From Cetorhinus maximus (taxonomy: Eukaryota), in NCBI RefSeq assembly GCF_964194155.1, contig NC_135901.1, positions 24,490,001-24,554,000 on the forward strand: 64,000 nucleotides of DNA, written 5' to 3'. A program made the translations under genes and the position numbers. Positions within the stretch are counted from its first letter, which is position 1, and every line of letters starts with the position of its first letter. Positions 63,791-64,000 of this stretch are shown piece by piece. A model generated the notes under the pieces. That model worked only from the letters and a program-made list of their open reading frames with translations, was not told where the DNA came from and made no database searches.

Positions 63791-64000
63791 TTACAAGCCC
63801 CTTTCCCCAAAAATGCGTCGCAAAAAGGCATTAACATGCTGAAGGATATGGGGACCTATCTTCTCAAAAGACATGAAGATGAAGACATTAAGAGGACTGA
63901 AAAAGAGAACATCTTAAAAGGCATTCGTAAAAAGAGAGCACATCTTCTTCAAAGGTCATGAGATGACTAAAAAGGACATTTTTTCTCAAAAGTTATTAAG

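Overview
Eukaryotic (vertebrate) DNA, most likely an elasmobranch/shark; this is inferred from the repeat landscape of CR1 LINEs, a Deu-domain tRNA-SINE and abundant Penelope-like elements. The window is a cluster of tandem C2H2 zinc-finger (ZNF) genes. It holds 8 arrays: three intact ORFs (16565+, 31771+, 39170-), one with only its last finger frameshifted (27155+) and four disrupted. There are also about 6 decayed remnants, all embedded in LINE, SINE and Penelope debris. No KRAB/SCAN/BTB-like effector exon could be seen; the ORFs appear to encode little but fingers. The most notable structure is a repeated non-coding cassette in front of the ZNFs: decayed ZNF tail -> fixed-spacing ZNF143-type composite motif -> NRF1 palindromes -> short non-coding exon -> ~290-nt intron with a YY1 site and a highly conserved 57-nt hairpin (4 copies; conserved arms, variable loop) that pairs over the predicted branch point. 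Also present: minimal hammerhead-ribozyme cores in Penelope pLTRs, a start codon formed inside a zinc-finger linker, an env-like fossil and a tRNA-Lys pseudogene. All alignments, folds and splice calls were made by eye; repeat boundaries are approximate.
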